Assembly: GCA_964440565.1 (NCBI GenBank)
Contig: CAYTTB010000001.1
Location: forward strand, 96,627-160,626
Length of the DNA: 64,000 nt
Reading direction: 5' to 3'
Origin: an uncultured Thermoanaerobaculia bacterium
GTDB taxonomy: Bacteria; Acidobacteriota; Thermoanaerobaculia; Thermoanaerobaculales; Sulfomarinibacteraceae
Shown here: piece after piece, positions 45,277 through 54,289 of the stretch
Layout of the letters: each line of letters begins with the position of its first letter
Numbering within the stretch: the first letter of the stretch is position 1
The notes under the pieces: generated by a model
The model's input: the letters and a program-made list of their open reading frames with translations, nothing else
Told to the model about the DNA's origin: nothing
Database searches by the model: none
Made by a program: the position numbers and the translations under genes

Positions 45277-46959
45277 ATGCAGCGTACCCCTGGCATCGCC
45301 CTCGTCCTCGTCCTCGCGATCCCCGCCCTCGCCGCTGCCCAGGTGTGCACCCCGGCGCTCGAGGGCACCCTCGCCGTCTCGGGCGACCTCGGCGCTCCCG
45401 AGCTGCTCGGGACCAACGCCTACGTGCCGGCGGGGAGCGCCGGGCTGGCGTGGATCGACGCCCGCGACCCGGCCGCTCCGGTGCTGAAGGCGCTGGTGGC
45501 GACCCCGGGCTCCGCCGAGGACGTGGTGCTCGAGTACTTCCAGAAATACCTGGTCGTGGCGGACGGCGCCTCCGGGCTGGTGGTGCTCACGCTGGCGGGG
45601 GACGGCACCCCGACCGTGGTGCAGACGGGGAGCGTGGGCGGCACCGCGACGGCGGTCAGCGGCGCGGGGGGGCAGTGGGTCGTGGGCACGGCCGAGGGCC
45701 AGGTGCTGACGGTGGACGCGAGCCCGGGCGGCGCCCCGGCGGTGCGGGGGTCGGTCGCGGTGGGGGGAGAGGTGCACGCGATCGCCCTGGGCCCGTCGCG
45801 GGCGTACGTGGCCGCCGGCGCCGGCGGGCTGGTGGTGGTGAGCACCGCCGACCGCTCCGCGCCGGAGGTGGTGGGGAGCGCGTCGCTGGGCGGCGACGTG
45901 CTCGCGGTGATCAAGGACGGGTCGCGCCTCTACGCCGGGGTGGCCGGGGTCGGGATCGTGGCGCTGGAGCTCGAGGGCGACACGCCGGTGGTGCGCGCCA
46001 CCCTCGCGACGCCCGCGGACCCCACCGACCTGGTGGCATGGGCCGGACGGCTGTACGCGGCGATGCCGGGGCACGGCATCGTGGCCGTGGACAGCTCGCT
46101 GGGCGACGTCCTGCTCGAGCTGGGCACGCTGGCGCTGCCCGGAGCTCGCGGGATGGCGCTCGCCGGCGACGTGCTCGACGTGGGGCGCGGGGGCGAGGGG
46201 TTCGCGGCGGTGGACATCGGTCAGTGCGCCACGGCGGGCGCCAACCCGGTGACCCGGTACGTCCCGGCGGCGGCGCGGGCCACCGGGGCGGCGAACACCT
46301 ACTGGGTCACCGACCTGGCCATCGCCAACCTCACCGCGTCCCCCGCCACGTGCAACATCGCCTACCTCGTCAAGAACCGGGCGAACCCGGCGCCGGAGAA
46401 CCGCTCCTTCGTGCTCGGCCCGGGCGAGCAGCTGCTGCTCGCGGACGTGTTCGGGACCGCGTTCGGGCTGGAGGCCGCCAACGGCGCGCTCAGGATCGTG
46501 GTCTCGAACCAGGACGTGAAGGTCACCAGCCGGACCTACAACGCGGCGGGAGCCGAGGGCACGTACGGCCAGTTCATCCCGGCCCTGGAGATGGCCGACG
46601 CGGTGCAGCCGGGCCTCGCGGGGGCGCTGCCGCAGCTCGAGCAGGACGCCTCGTTCCGCACCAACATCGGCCTCCTGAACGTGACCTCGCTGGACGTCAC
46701 CGTCGACGTGGACCTGTACCGGGGCTCGGGCGAGCTTCTCGGGACCCACACGGTGGACCTCGGGCCGTACGAGATGGTCCAGGTGGACAGGATCTTCACC
46801 ACGGTGACGGGCGACCCGGTGGAGGGCGGCTACGCGGTGGTGCGGGTGAGGACGGCCGACGGCAAGGTGCTGGCCTACGCCTCGGTGGTGGACAACGGCT
46901 CCGGCGATCCCATCTACGTGCCGGCCCAGCTTCTCGCGCCGGGCACGCCGTTCTCATGA
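45277..46959 (+). CDS. Secreted LVIVD-like beta-propeller protein with the same two-repeat module at its C-terminus
   Basis: Signal peptide; blades GLAWIDARDP, GLVVLTL, GLVVVSTADR, GIVALEL, GIVAVDS, GFAAVDI; then YVPAAARATGAANTYWVTDLAIAN..GTYGQ..FRTNIGLLN..VVDNGSGDP. Confidence 0.85.
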   Translation: MQRTPGIALVLVLAIPALAAAQVCTPALEGTLAVSGDLGAPELLGTNAYVPAGSAGLAWIDARDPAAPVLKALVATPGSAEDVVLEYFQKYLVVADGASGLVVLTLAGDGTPTVVQTGSVGGTATAVSGAGGQWVVGTAEGQVLTVDASPGGAPAVRGSVAVGGEVHAIALGPSRAYVAAGAGGLVVVSTADRSAPEVVGSASLGGDVLAVIKDGSRLYAGVAGVGIVALELEGDTPVVRATLATPADPTDLVAWAGRLYAAMPGHGIVAVDSSLGDVLLELGTLALPGARGMALAGDVLDVGRGGEGFAAVDIGQCATAGANPVTRYVPAAARATGAANTYWVTDLAIANLTASPATCNIAYLVKNRANPAPENRSFVLGPGEQLLLADVFGTAFGLEAANGALRIVVSNQDVKVTSRTYNAAGAEGTYGQFIPALEMADAVQPGLAGALPQLEQDASFRTNIGLLNVTSLDVTVDVDLYRGSGELLGTHTVDLGPYEMVQVDRIFTTVTGDPVEGGYAVVRVRTADGKVLAYASVVDNGSGDPIYVPAQLLAPGTPFS

Positions 46960-47837
46960 GGGAGCGGATCGCGGAGTACCTCGCCCACCTCACCGTCGAG
47001 CGGCACCTCTCGCCGCGGACGGTGAGCGCGTACCGGCGCGACCTCGAGGCCTTCGCGGCCTGGCTCGAGCGGCGTCGCCTCGCCCCGGAGCGCGTGGACC
47101 GGGCCGCGGTGCGGCGCTACCTGGGCGAGCGGCGCGACGCCGGCCTCTCCGCGCGCTCCGCGGCCCGGGCGCTGTCGGCGCTGCGGGGGTTCTACCGGTT
47201 CCTGGTCGCCACCGGTGCCGCCGCGTCCGACCCGACGGAGAACGTGCCGAGCCCGGCGCTGTGGCGGACCGTGCCGCACACGCTCACCGCGGAGGAGGTG
47301 GAGGCGCTGCTCGAGGCTCCGGACACGGGCACGCCGCGTGGGATCCGCGACCGGGCGATGCTGGAGACGCTGTACGCCACCGGGCTCCGGGTCTCGGAGC
47401 TGCTCGCGCTCACGCTCGATCGTACCCGCCTCGACCCCGGGTTCGTGCGGGTGGTGGGCAAGGGGCGCAAGGAGCGGATCGTGCCGCTCGGGTCGTCCGC
47501 GATCGAGTGGATCGGACGGTACCTCGACGGGGTACGGCCCCGGCTCGATCGCGAGCGCCGGCCGGAGCTCTTTCTCAACATGCGCGGTCGCCCCATGACG
47601 CGGCAGGGGTTCTGGAAGAACCTGCGCGAGTACGGGGCCCGGGCCGGGATCCGGAGCCACCTGAGCCCGCACGTGCTGCGCCACTCCTTCGCCACCCACC
47701 TCGTGGAGCACGGGGCGGACCTCCGCGCGGTGCAGATGATGCTGGGCCACGCCGCCCTCACCACCACCGAGATCTACACCCACGTGGCTCGCGAGCGGCT
47801 CCGGCGCCTGTACGATGCGACGCACCCCCGCGCGTAG
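46956..47837 (+). CDS. xerD: Tyrosine recombinase XerD
   Basis: SPRTVSAYRRDL, RDRAMLETLYATGLRVSEL, GKG.KER, HVLRHSFATHL, LGHA..TT.IYTHV. Confidence 0.93.
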   Translation: MRERIAEYLAHLTVERHLSPRTVSAYRRDLEAFAAWLERRRLAPERVDRAAVRRYLGERRDAGLSARSAARALSALRGFYRFLVATGAAASDPTENVPSPALWRTVPHTLTAEEVEALLEAPDTGTPRGIRDRAMLETLYATGLRVSELLALTLDRTRLDPGFVRVVGKGRKERIVPLGSSAIEWIGRYLDGVRPRLDRERRPELFLNMRGRPMTRQGFWKNLREYGARAGIRSHLSPHVLRHSFATHLVEHGADLRAVQMMLGHAALTTTEIYTHVARERLRRLYDATHPRA

Positions 47838-48495
47838 GCTGCTCGCGCTCCTGCTGGCCGCCGCCGTCCCGGCTGCCGCGGGCCAGCTGGTGGTGTTCGT
47901 GGACGGGCGGGTCCTGCCGGTGGTGGAGGCGCGCCTCGAGGGGGGGCGGGTGGTGCTGGAGCTGCCCGGCGGGGGCACGATGGAGGTGCCCGCCCTGCGG
48001 GTGGACCGGGTGATCGCCGACGCCACCCCCGAGCCGGAGCCGCGCCCGCTCCCCGAGCCCGCGTGCGAGCCGTGGTGGGCGCCGGAGCCGCTCCCCGGGA
48101 GACTCCCTTTCCGGCGGGAGATCGAGCGGGCGGCGCGGCACGCCGGGATCCACCCCTGGCTGCTGGCGGCGGTGGTGGAGGCGGAGTCGGGGTTCGACCC
48201 CGGGGCGCGCTCCCCGGCGGGGGCCGCCGGCCTCGCCCAGCTGATGCCGTCCGCGGCGGCGGAGCACGGGGTCAGGGACGTGCGCGACCCGGCGGAGAAC
48301 CTCCGCGGCGGGGCCGAGCACCTGCGGGAGCTGCTCGACCGGTTCGGAGCGCTCCCGCTCGCGCTCGCGGCGTACAATGCGGGGGCCGCCACGGTGGAGC
48401 GCGCGGGCGGGGTGCCACCGTACCGCGAGACGCGGAGCTTCGTCCGCCGTGTGCTCGCGCGCTTCTGCCCGGGCGGCACGGGAGGGAGCCCATGA
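47815..48495 (+). CDS. SLT-family lytic transglycosylase
   Basis: Signal-like N-terminus, AVVEAESGFDP, GAAGLAQLMP, ALAAYNAG, PPYRETR.FV. Confidence 0.92.
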   Translation: MRRTPARRLLALLLAAAVPAAAGQLVVFVDGRVLPVVEARLEGGRVVLELPGGGTMEVPALRVDRVIADATPEPEPRPLPEPACEPWWAPEPLPGRLPFRREIERAARHAGIHPWLLAAVVEAESGFDPGARSPAGAAGLAQLMPSAAAEHGVRDVRDPAENLRGGAEHLRELLDRFGALPLALAAYNAGAATVERAGGVPPYRETRSFVRRVLARFCPGGTGGSP

Positions 48496-48941
48496 GGCGG
48501 TGGATCGGGACGGCGGCGATCGGGGTACTGGTGCTGGGGGTGGCCCTGGGGTGCGGCCGGCGGGAGACCCCCGAGCAGCGGCTCGCGAGGCTGCGGGCGG
48601 CGCACGAGATCGTGCCGGTGGGGTTCACCACCGTCACGGACGCCGGGGGGAGGCCGACGCTGGTGGTGGACCTCAGGGTGGTGAACCACGCGGCGGAGCC
48701 GCTGCCGCACCTGACGGTGAAGGTACGGGTGATCGGCAGCGACGGCTCGGTGCGCCTGGAGCGGCGCGCCACGCTCGACCTGTCGCGGGCGAGGCCGGGG
48801 GTGGGGGTGCAGCTGGCGGCGAAGCTGCCCGGGGTGTCGGTGGCCGAGGGTGAGCAGGTGCAGGTGGAGCTCGAGACCGACCTGCCGCCGGAGGTGCTGC
48901 GGACGCTGCCCGAGTGGGCCGACGTCGCCGGCGGCCGGTGA
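48492..48941 (+). CDS. Putative lipoprotein
   Basis: MRRWIGTAAIGVLVLGVALGC lipobox-like sequence. ATGA overlap with SLT gene. Confidence 0.72.
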   Translation: MRRWIGTAAIGVLVLGVALGCGRRETPEQRLARLRAAHEIVPVGFTTVTDAGGRPTLVVDLRVVNHAAEPLPHLTVKVRVIGSDGSVRLERRATLDLSRARPGVGVQLAAKLPGVSVAEGEQVQVELETDLPPEVLRTLPEWADVAGGR

Positions 48942-49190
48942 TCAGCTCGCCGGGGCGGCCGGCGCGATGCCGAACCTGCCCAGCAGGCGCCGGCGCAGCC
49001 GGGGCACGGTGCGCTCGCGGAAGGAGGGCGCGGCCTCGGGCGCGAGACGCGCCACCGCCTCCGCGGAGGCCTCGATGAGCCGCAGCCCCTCGCAGAGCCG
49101 GAGCTCGCGGTCTCCGGCGAGGATCGCGTCGGTGACCTCGGCGATGAGGCGGCAGCGGGCCTCGGGATCGGCGGGCGGGCGGTGGTGCAC
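48942..49190 (-). CDS. Small helical hypothetical protein (82 aa)
   Basis: GTG at 49190 gives an amphipathic helical product (RLIAEVTDAIL..LRLIEASAEAV..PRLRRRLLGRFG) filling the gap between the lipoprotein and suhB. Confidence 0.5.
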   Translation of the reverse strand: MHHRPPADPEARCRLIAEVTDAILAGDRELRLCEGLRLIEASAEAVARLAPEAAPSFRERTVPRLRRRLLGRFGIAPAAPAS

Positions 49191-49226
49191 GACGATGGTT
49201 CCCCGCCCGGGGAACGGGAGGTGAGG

Positions 49227-50066
49227 ATGACCCCATTCCCGGACCGGGAGGCGTTGCTGGAAACGGCGCTCGAGGCGGCGCGGGCAGGGGGAGCGGAGCT
49301 CCTCGCCCGCTTCCGGCGCCTGCGCCCGGGCGACGTGACCGAGAAGGCCGCCAACGACCTCGTCTCCGTCGCCGACCGGGCGGCGGAGGCAGCGATCCTC
49401 GGTGTCATCGCGGCGCGGCACCCCGACCACCGGGTGCTGGCCGAGGAGTCGGGCGGATCGGGCCTCGAGGAGCCCGGCACCGTCTGGATCGTGGACCCGC
49501 TCGACGGCACGACCAACTTCGTCCACGGCGTGCCCCACTGGGCGGTGTCGGTGGCGGTGCGGGTGGACGGGCGGCTGGAGGCGGCGGTGGTGGCGGACCC
49601 GCTCAAGGGGGACGAGTTCACCGCCGTGCGCGGTGGCGGGGCCCGGTGGAACGGCGAGCCGTGCCAGGTGTCGCGGCGGAGGGGGCTCGCAGGGGCGCTT
49701 CTCTCCACCGGGTTCCCGTTCAAGGCGCACGAGCTCCTCGACCGTTACCTCGCGATCTTCCGGGAGGTGTTCCTGAGGGCGAAGGCGGTGCGGCGGCCGG
49801 GTGCGGCCGCGCTGGACCTCGCCTACGTGGCGTGCGGGATCTTCGACGGCTTCTTCGAGTTCCGCCTCGCGCCGTGGGACGTGGCCGCGGGGACGCTGCT
49901 GGTGGAGGAGGCGGGCGGCGCGGTCACCGACATGGACGGGGGAGGACGCCACCTGGAGTGCGGCGACGTGGTGGCGGGGCCGCCGGGGGTGCACCGCGAG
50001 CTGCTCGCGGCGATCCGGGGGAGCGGCGCCTCGTGGCTGGGCGGCGGTGGTAGACTGCGGCCATGA
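49227..50066 (+). CDS. suhB: Inositol monophosphatase family protein
   Basis: DLVS.AD, AEES, WIVDPLDGTTNFVHG, GAAALDLAYVA, WDVAAG. Confidence 0.92.
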   Translation: MTPFPDREALLETALEAARAGGAELLARFRRLRPGDVTEKAANDLVSVADRAAEAAILGVIAARHPDHRVLAEESGGSGLEEPGTVWIVDPLDGTTNFVHGVPHWAVSVAVRVDGRLEAAVVADPLKGDEFTAVRGGGARWNGEPCQVSRRRGLAGALLSTGFPFKAHELLDRYLAIFREVFLRAKAVRRPGAAALDLAYVACGIFDGFFEFRLAPWDVAAGTLLVEEAGGAVTDMDGGGRHLECGDVVAGPPGVHRELLAAIRGSGASWLGGGGRLRP

Positions 50067-50551
50067 CCGACACCGAGGACATCGCCACGCTCTCGGTGGA
50101 GGAGGCGATCCACCGGGCGATGGATCTGACCCGGGAGGAGCGGTACGAGGAGGCGCTGGAGCTGTTCGAGCGGCACCTGGCCGCGGTGGACTCGGGCTCG
50201 ATCCAGCAGAAGCGGCTGGCGGCCCGCGCCTTCTCCTTCTACGGCGTGTGCGTGGCCAAGATCCACCGCCGCTATCTGCACGCCGTGCAGTGCTGCCAGA
50301 TCTCGCTCAAGCACAACTTCCTCGACCCGGAGCACCACCACAACCTGGCGCTCGTGTACCTGGAGCGGGGCGACCGCCGGAGGGCGGTGGAGACCCTCAA
50401 CGCGGGCCTCAGGCTCGACCCGCGCAACCGGCGGATCCACGCCCTCTGGGACCGGATCGGGCGCCGTGGGCGGCCGCCGATCCCGTTCCTGTCGCGGGAC
50501 AACCCCCTCAACGTGTGGCTCGGGAAGAAGCTCCGCTCCCGGGAGCGTTGA
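50063..50551 (+). CDS. TPR-repeat protein
   Basis: Helical repeats such as HHNLALVYLERGDRRRAVETLNAGLRLDP and C-terminal FLSRDNPLNVWLGK. Confidence 0.7.
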   Translation: MTDTEDIATLSVEEAIHRAMDLTREERYEEALELFERHLAAVDSGSIQQKRLAARAFSFYGVCVAKIHRRYLHAVQCCQISLKHNFLDPEHHHNLALVYLERGDRRRAVETLNAGLRLDPRNRRIHALWDRIGRRGRPPIPFLSRDNPLNVWLGKKLRSRER

Positions 50552-50575
50552 CCTTCGCGGCTGCCACGGTGCGGC

Positions 50576-50604
50576 TTGCGCCGGGCGCCGGGGAGGCGTA
50601 TCCT
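50576..50604 (+). promoter_or_regulatory. Sigma70-type promoter of the PFOR operon
   Basis: TTGCGC (50576-50581), 17 nt, TATCCT (50599-50604). Confidence 0.6.
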
Positions 50605-50616
50605 GGTGTCCGGGTC

Positions 50617-50634
50617 TTGTGAAGCGGTTCACGA
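50617..50634. promoter_or_regulatory. Rex-like (or CRP/FNR-family) operator
   Basis: TTGTGAA-GCGG-TTCACGA, one mismatch to the Rex consensus TTGTGAA-N4-TTCACAA, just downstream of the -10. Confidence 0.65.
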
Positions 50635-50692
50635 GGGCTCGTGAGCCGTTCTCCCGGTCCGTCCGGACCGGGTGTCCTGGCTGGAGGTTCCC

Positions 50693-53600
50693 ATGACGCG
50701 ACGTCGGCTCATCACCATCGACGGGAACGAGGCCGCCGCCTCGGTGGCCCATCGCACCAACGAGGTGTGCGCCATCTACCCCATCACCCCGTCCTCGCCC
50801 ATGGGCGAGCTGGCCGACGAGTGGTCGGCGAGGGGACGGACCAACATCTGGGGGACGGTGCCCGAGGTGGTGGAGATGCAGTCGGAGGGGGGCGCCTCGG
50901 GCGCGGTGCACGGCTCGCTGCAGGCCGGGGCGCTCACCACCACCTTCACCGCCTCGCAGGGTCTGCTGCTCATGATCCCCAACATGTACAAGATCGCCGG
51001 GGAGCTCACCTCCACCGTGTTCCACGTCTCGGCGCGCACGGTGGCCAGTCACGCGCTCTCCATCTTCGGCGATCACTCCGACGTGTACGCGACCCGCCAG
51101 ACCGGGTTCGCGATGCTGGCGGCGGGCTCGGTGCAGGAGGTGCACGACTTCGCCTGCATCGCGCAGGCGGCGACGCTGGAGTCGCGGGTGCCGTTCCTGC
51201 ACTTCTTCGACGGCTTTCGCACCTCGCACGAGGTGGCCAAGATCGAGGAGCTCACCGACGACGACCTGCGCGCGATGATCCCGGAGGAGCTGGTCCGGGC
51301 GCACAGGGAGCGGGCGCTGAGCCCCGACCGGCCGGTCGTCCGTGGGACCGCGCAGAACCCGGACACGTTCTTCCAGGCGCGCGAGGCGGTGAACCGGTAC
51401 TACCTGGCCTGTCCCGGGATCGTGGAGCGGACCATGGACCGGTTCGCCGAGCTCACCGGCCGGCGGTACCACCTGTTCGACTACGTGGGCCACCCGGAGG
51501 CGGAGCGGGTGGTGGTCCTCATGGGCTCCGGCGCCGAGGCGGTGCACGAGTACGTGGAGTGGGCGACGGCGCGGGGAGAGAAGGTCGGCGTGGTGAAGGT
51601 GCGGCTCTACCGGCCGTTCTCCAAGGAGCACCTGGTGCGGGCGCTGCCGCCCACGGTGCGCGCCATCGCGGTGCTGGACCGCACCAAGGAGCCGGGGTCG
51701 CTGGGCGAGCCGCTCTACCTCGACGTGGTCGCGGCGCTGGCCGAGGCCCGCGCCGAGGGGCTCGCCGAGCTCGACCCGGTGGTCGTGGGCGGGCGCTACG
51801 GCCTCTCCTCCAAGGAGTTCAACTCCGGGATGATCAGGGCGGTCTACGACGAGCTCGCCACGGAGCGGCCCAGGAACCACTTCACGGTGGGGATCGTGGA
51901 CGACGTCACCCACACCTCGTTGCCGTTCGACCCCGAGTTCGACATCGAGCCGGACGACGTGTTCCGGGGCGTGTTCTTCGGCCTCGGCTCGGACGGGACG
52001 GTGGGGGCGAACAAGAACTCCATCAAGATCATCGGCGAGGAGACCGAGAACTACGCCCAGGGGTACTTCGTCTACGACTCCAAGAAGGCGGGCGCGGTGA
52101 CCATCTCCCACCTGCGGTTCGGGCCGCGCCCCATCCGCTCCAGCTACCTGATCCGGAAGGCCAACTTCGTGGCCTGCCACCAGTGGGTGTTCCTCGACAG
52201 GTACGACATCCTCGACCACGCCGCCCCCGGCGCGACCTTCCTCGTCAACTCGCCCTTCTCGCCCGAGGAGACCTGGGAACGGTTCCCGCGCGAGGTGCAG
52301 GAGCAGATCCTGGAGAAGCGGCTCAAGGTCTTTTGCGTGGACGCCTACGCGGTGGCGCGCGAGGCGGGGATGGGCGGGCGCATCAACACCATCATGCAGA
52401 CCTGCTTCTTCGCCATCTCGGGGGTGCTGCCGCGCGAGGAGGCCATCGCCAGGATCAAGGAGACCATCCGCAAGACCTACGGCAAGAAGGGCGAGGAGAT
52501 CGTCGCCCTCAACTTCCGGGCGGTGGACGCGGCGCTCGGCCATCTGCACGAGGTGCCGGTGCCGGGCCGGGTGACCGCCACCCGCACGCGCCCGCCCATC
52601 GTGCCGGAGGACGCGCCCGACTTCGTGAAGCGGGTGACGGCCGTGATGATCGCGGGCAAGGGGGATCTCCTGCCGGTGTCCGCGTTCCCCGTGGACGGGA
52701 CGTGGCCCCCGGCCACCACCAGGTGGGAGAAGCGCAACATCGCCCTCGAGATCCCGGTCTGGGATCCCGACCTCTGCATCCAGTGCAACAAGTGCGCGCT
52801 GGTGTGTCCGCACGCCGCCATCCGGGCCAAGGTGTACGCCCCCGAGCACCTCGAGGGGGCCCCGGAGACGTTCAAGTCGGCCGACTACCGGGCCGCCGAT
52901 TTCAAGGGGCTCAAGTACACCATCCAGGTCGCTCCCGAGGACTGCACCGGCTGTCAGCTGTGCGCCCGCGTGTGTCCGGCCAAGGACAAGTCGAACCCCA
53001 GCCACAAGGCGCTCGACATGCACCCGCAGCTGCCGCTGCGGGAGCCCGAACGCGCCAACTACGCCTTCTTCCTCGAGCTGCCCGAGCCCGACCGGACCGC
53101 GGTCAAGCTCGACGTCAAGGGCTCCCAGTTCCTCGAGCCGCTGTTCGAGTACTCGGGCGCCTGCGCGGGGTGCGGCGAGACCCCCTACATCAAGCTGCTC
53201 ACGCAGCTGTTCGGTGACCGGGCGCTCATCGCCAACGCCACCGGCTGCTCCTCGATCTACGGCGGCAACCTGCCCACCACCCCGTACGCGGTGAACCGCG
53301 ACGGACGGGGACCGGCGTGGTCCAACTCGCTGTTCGAGGACAACGCGGAGTTCGGGCTCGGGTTCCGGCTCGCCATCGACACCCACCGCCGCCAGGCGGT
53401 GGCGCTGCTCGAGCGGCTCGCGCCTCGCCTGGGCGAGAACCTCGTGGAGGAGCTGCTGGCCGGGCTGGACGCGCGGGACGAGGCCGGTATCCGGGCGCAG
53501 CGCGAACGGGTGACGGCGCTCAGGGCCCGGCTCGAGGCGCTCCCCGGTGACGACGCCCGCCACCTGGAGGCGCTGGCCGACTACCTGGTCCACAAGTCGG

Positions 53601-54289
53601 TGTGGATCGTGGGCGGCGACGGCTGGGCGTACGACATCGGCTACGGCGGCCTCGACCACGTGCTGGCGCTCAACCGCGACGTCAACCTGCTGGTGCTCGA
53701 CACCGGCGTCTACTCCAACACCGGCGGCCAGGCCTCGAAGGCGACGCCGCTCGCCGCGGCGGCCAAGTTCGCCATGAGCGGCAAGCCCACCGCGCGCAAG
53801 GACCTCGGTCTCATGGCCATGGCGTACGGCTACGTGTACGTGGCTCAGGTGGCGTTCGGGGCCAAGGACGCGCAGACGGTCCGGGCGTTCCTCGAGGCGG
53901 AGTCGTACGACGGCCCCTCCCTGATCATCGCCTACAGCCACTGCATCGCCCACGGCTACGACATGGCCGACGGGCTCGACCACCAGAAGCTGGCCGTGGA
54001 CTGCGGCTTCTGGCCGCTGTACCGGTTCGACCCCAGGCGGGTCGCGGAGGGGGAGGCCCCGCTCAAGCTGGACTCCCGCCAGCCGAGGATCCCGTACGAG
54101 GAGTACGCCCGGACCGAGACCCGGTTCCGGATGCTGATGAAGGCCGATCCCGAGCGGGCGAAGATGCTGCTCGAGCGGGCCCAGCGCAGCGTCCAGGCGC
54201 GCTGGGAGGTGTACCGGCACCTGGCCAAGCTCGGGTTCGGCGCCAACGGCGCCGAGGCGGCCAGGGCCGTGGAGGGGAGGAACGCGTGA
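50693..54289 (+). CDS. nifJ: Pyruvate:ferredoxin (flavodoxin) oxidoreductase, homodimeric type
   Basis: IYPITPSS, EMQSEGGA, FTASQGLLLM, CIQCNKC..CP, CTGCQLC..CP, GACAGCGE, GGDGWAYDIG, YSNTGGQ. Confidence 0.97.
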   Translation: MTRRRLITIDGNEAAASVAHRTNEVCAIYPITPSSPMGELADEWSARGRTNIWGTVPEVVEMQSEGGASGAVHGSLQAGALTTTFTASQGLLLMIPNMYKIAGELTSTVFHVSARTVASHALSIFGDHSDVYATRQTGFAMLAAGSVQEVHDFACIAQAATLESRVPFLHFFDGFRTSHEVAKIEELTDDDLRAMIPEELVRAHRERALSPDRPVVRGTAQNPDTFFQAREAVNRYYLACPGIVERTMDRFAELTGRRYHLFDYVGHPEAERVVVLMGSGAEAVHEYVEWATARGEKVGVVKVRLYRPFSKEHLVRALPPTVRAIAVLDRTKEPGSLGEPLYLDVVAALAEARAEGLAELDPVVVGGRYGLSSKEFNSGMIRAVYDELATERPRNHFTVGIVDDVTHTSLPFDPEFDIEPDDVFRGVFFGLGSDGTVGANKNSIKIIGEETENYAQGYFVYDSKKAGAVTISHLRFGPRPIRSSYLIRKANFVACHQWVFLDRYDILDHAAPGATFLVNSPFSPEETWERFPREVQEQILEKRLKVFCVDAYAVAREAGMGGRINTIMQTCFFAISGVLPREEAIARIKETIRKTYGKKGEEIVALNFRAVDAALGHLHEVPVPGRVTATRTRPPIVPEDAPDFVKRVTAVMIAGKGDLLPVSAFPVDGTWPPATTRWEKRNIALEIPVWDPDLCIQCNKCALVCPHAAIRAKVYAPEHLEGAPETFKSADYRAADFKGLKYTIQVAPEDCTGCQLCARVCPAKDKSNPSHKALDMHPQLPLREPERANYAFFLELPEPDRTAVKLDVKGSQFLEPLFEYSGACAGCGETPYIKLLTQLFGDRALIANATGCSSIYGGNLPTTPYAVNRDGRGPAWSNSLFEDNAEFGLGFRLAIDTHRRQAVALLERLAPRLGENLVEELLAGLDARDEAGIRAQRERVTALRARLEALPGDDARHLEALADYLVHKSVWIVGGDGWAYDIGYGGLDHVLALNRDVNLLVLDTGVYSNTGGQASKATPLAAAAKFAMSGKPTARKDLGLMAMAYGYVYVAQVAFGAKDAQTVRAFLEAESYDGPSLIIAYSHCIAHGYDMADGLDHQKLAVDCGFWPLYRFDPRRVAEGEAPLKLDSRQPRIPYEEYARTETRFRMLMKADPERAKMLLERAQRSVQARWEVYRHLAKLGFGANGAEAARAVEGRNA

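Noticed and set aside
46956-47837. Tyrosine recombinase as a possible integrase or island marker
   Set aside because: It looks like housekeeping XerD, sits in an operon with cell-wall genes, and I saw no att repeats, tRNA target, dif-like site or phage/plasmid genes.
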